From assembly GCF_001753165.1 (NCBI RefSeq), contig NZ_CP017448.1:490462-514461 (forward strand): a DNA stretch of 24,000 nucleotides. Reading direction: 5' to 3'. The translations under genes were made by a program, and so were the position numbers. Source of the stretch: Acidihalobacter aeolianus. Lineage in GTDB: Bacteria > Pseudomonadota > Gammaproteobacteria > DSM-5130 > Acidihalobacteraceae. This document shows, piece by piece, positions 22,928 through 24,000 of this stretch; within the stretch, counting starts at the first letter, position 1; the number at the start of each line of letters is the position of its first letter. The notes beneath the pieces were generated by a model. The model ran no database searches. It was not told the DNA's origin and was given only the letters and a program-made list of their open reading frames with translations.

Positions 22928-24000
22928 ATGCAAGCAACGACTCCAGCCACACATGGGCCCGACGGACGGCCGCGCGCCCGCGGCCTGGGCCTGCCGCTGC
23001 CGGGCGAACCCGGACCGGCCAACGCCATTACCGATGTGCCCGGCGTCGCAGTCGGCTACGCCACGCTGATCGAGGGCGAGGCGGTGCGCACGGGCGTGAC
23101 CGCCATCCTGCCGCGCGCGCCGGAGGCGCTGCTGAATCCGGTGTGGTCGGGCACGTTCAGCATGAACGGCAACGGCGAGATGACCGGCACGCACTGGATT
23201 CGCGAGGCGGGCTGGTTCACCGGGCCGATTACCCTCACCAACACACTGTCGGTCGGCCTCGCGCATCACGCCACGGCACGCTGGATGGCCGAGCGCTTCC
23301 CGGCGATCGGCGAGGAGGTCTGGATCCTGCCGGTGGCGGCGGAAACCTTCGACGGCTACCTCAACGACATCGCCGGTTTCCACGTCACCGAGGCGCATGT
23401 GCGTGCGGCCATCGACGGTGCCCGGGGCGGCGCCCTCGCCGAGGGCGCGGTGGGCGGCGGTACGGGCATGATCGCCTACGAGTTCAAGGGCGGCACCGGC
23501 ACCGCCTCGCGGCGCGTGGCGGCGGGCGGCGGACACTACACACTCGGCGCGCTGGTGCAGGCGAACCACGGTCTGCGTCCCTGGTTCAACGTGCAGGGCG
23601 TGCCCGTCGGCCGGGCCATGCCGGGCGCGCCGATCTGGAACGCCGAGCGCGGTTCTATCATCGTGGTGCTGGCGACGGACGCGCCGCTGCTGCCGAACCA
23701 GCTCGAACGTCTGGCGCGGCGCGCGGCCATCGGCATCGGCCGCGGCGGCACGCCTTCGGGCAACAACTCCGGCGACATCTTCATCGCCTTCAGCACCGCC
23801 AATGACCCCGGTCCGCTGCCGGAACCGCCGCGGCTGAACCTCGAAGCGCTCGGCAGCGACGAACTCGACGCCCTGTTCATGGCGGCGGTGGAAAGCGTGG
23901 AGGAGGCCGTGCTGAACGCGATGCTCGCGGCGGACACGATGACCGGGCGCAAGGGCCGCCGCGTCGAGGCGCTGGATTCTCGGCGCTTGATAACGCTGTT
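22928..24000 (+). CDS. P1/S58-family (DmpA/BapA-like) aminopeptidase, 3'-partial at the window edge
   Basis: This ORF is not in the supplied track because it runs off the window. My translation gives MQATTPATHGPDGRPRARGLGLPLPGEPGPANAITDVPGVAVGYATLIEGEAVRTGVTAILPR...GGGTGMIAYEFKGGTGTAS...IVVLATDAPL...GGTPSGNNSGDIFIAFSTAN... This is the DmpA-family pattern, including the GNNSGD self-processing region. The ATG is preceded by aagggggaag. Confidence 0.7.
   Translation, partial: MQATTPATHGPDGRPRARGLGLPLPGEPGPANAITDVPGVAVGYATLIEGEAVRTGVTAILPRAPEALLNPVWSGTFSMNGNGEMTGTHWIREAGWFTGPITLTNTLSVGLAHHATARWMAERFPAIGEEVWILPVAAETFDGYLNDIAGFHVTEAHVRAAIDGARGGALAEGAVGGGTGMIAYEFKGGTGTASRRVAAGGGHYTLGALVQANHGLRPWFNVQGVPVGRAMPGAPIWNAERGSIIVVLATDAPLLPNQLERLARRAAIGIGRGGTPSGNNSGDIFIAFSTANDPGPLPEPPRLNLEALGSDELDALFMAAVESVEEAVLNAMLAADTMTGRKGRRVEALDSRRLITL

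Noticed and set aside
20825-23805. Long ORFs 20825-22030 (-), 21900-22898 (-), 22715-23569 (-), 22816-23805 (+)
   Set aside because: These are Arg/Pro/Gly-rich off-frame products overlapping the SdpI-like, GST, DUF1028 and DmpA-family genes, which have clear family signatures.

Overview
High-GC proteobacterial chromosomal segment; product calls come from motifs I recognise, since no database search was possible. Left to right: (1) two toxin-antitoxin modules, higBA (+) and vapBC (-), with inverted copies of a hairpin-containing intergenic repeat bracketing higBA. (2) A minus-strand, translationally coupled redox operon: thioredoxin-like [2Fe-2S] ferredoxin, two unknown small proteins, and a GlcF/HdrD-type CCG Fe-S protein. 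(3) A TonB-dependent receptor. (4) Ordinary genes: alpha/beta hydrolase, short MscS-like channel, TrmH/SpoU methyltransferase, VanZ-like membrane protein, PAT-type GNAT. (5) A second TonB-dependent receptor carrying the OprC/NosA-type CxxxM...HxM copper-site motifs. (6) The most interesting feature is a 4.8-kb AT-richer cassette (15563-20341). It has imperfect terminal inverted repeats, mirrored subterminal TGGTTGA motifs and a perfect 8-bp target-site duplication (TTTTTTAT). It sits in the U-tract of the copper-receptor terminator. It has no transposase; it carries a Type II R-M pair (beta-class SPPF methyltransferase plus HNH nuclease), a 565-bp non-coding arm with tRNA-like debris, and a nested high-GC group II intron with an endonuclease-less RT/maturase. 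(7) Cupin, SdpI-like, GST, DUF1028 and a partial DmpA/P1 peptidase gene. Three otherwise intact genes carry single-base lesions: DUF1810 has TAG at a conserved Tyr, GST has TGA at a conserved Trp, and a lipoprotein-like ORF has ATA where ATG is expected. No rRNA, intact tRNA or CRISPR array was seen. Many long ORFs in the track are GC-driven antisense artefacts.
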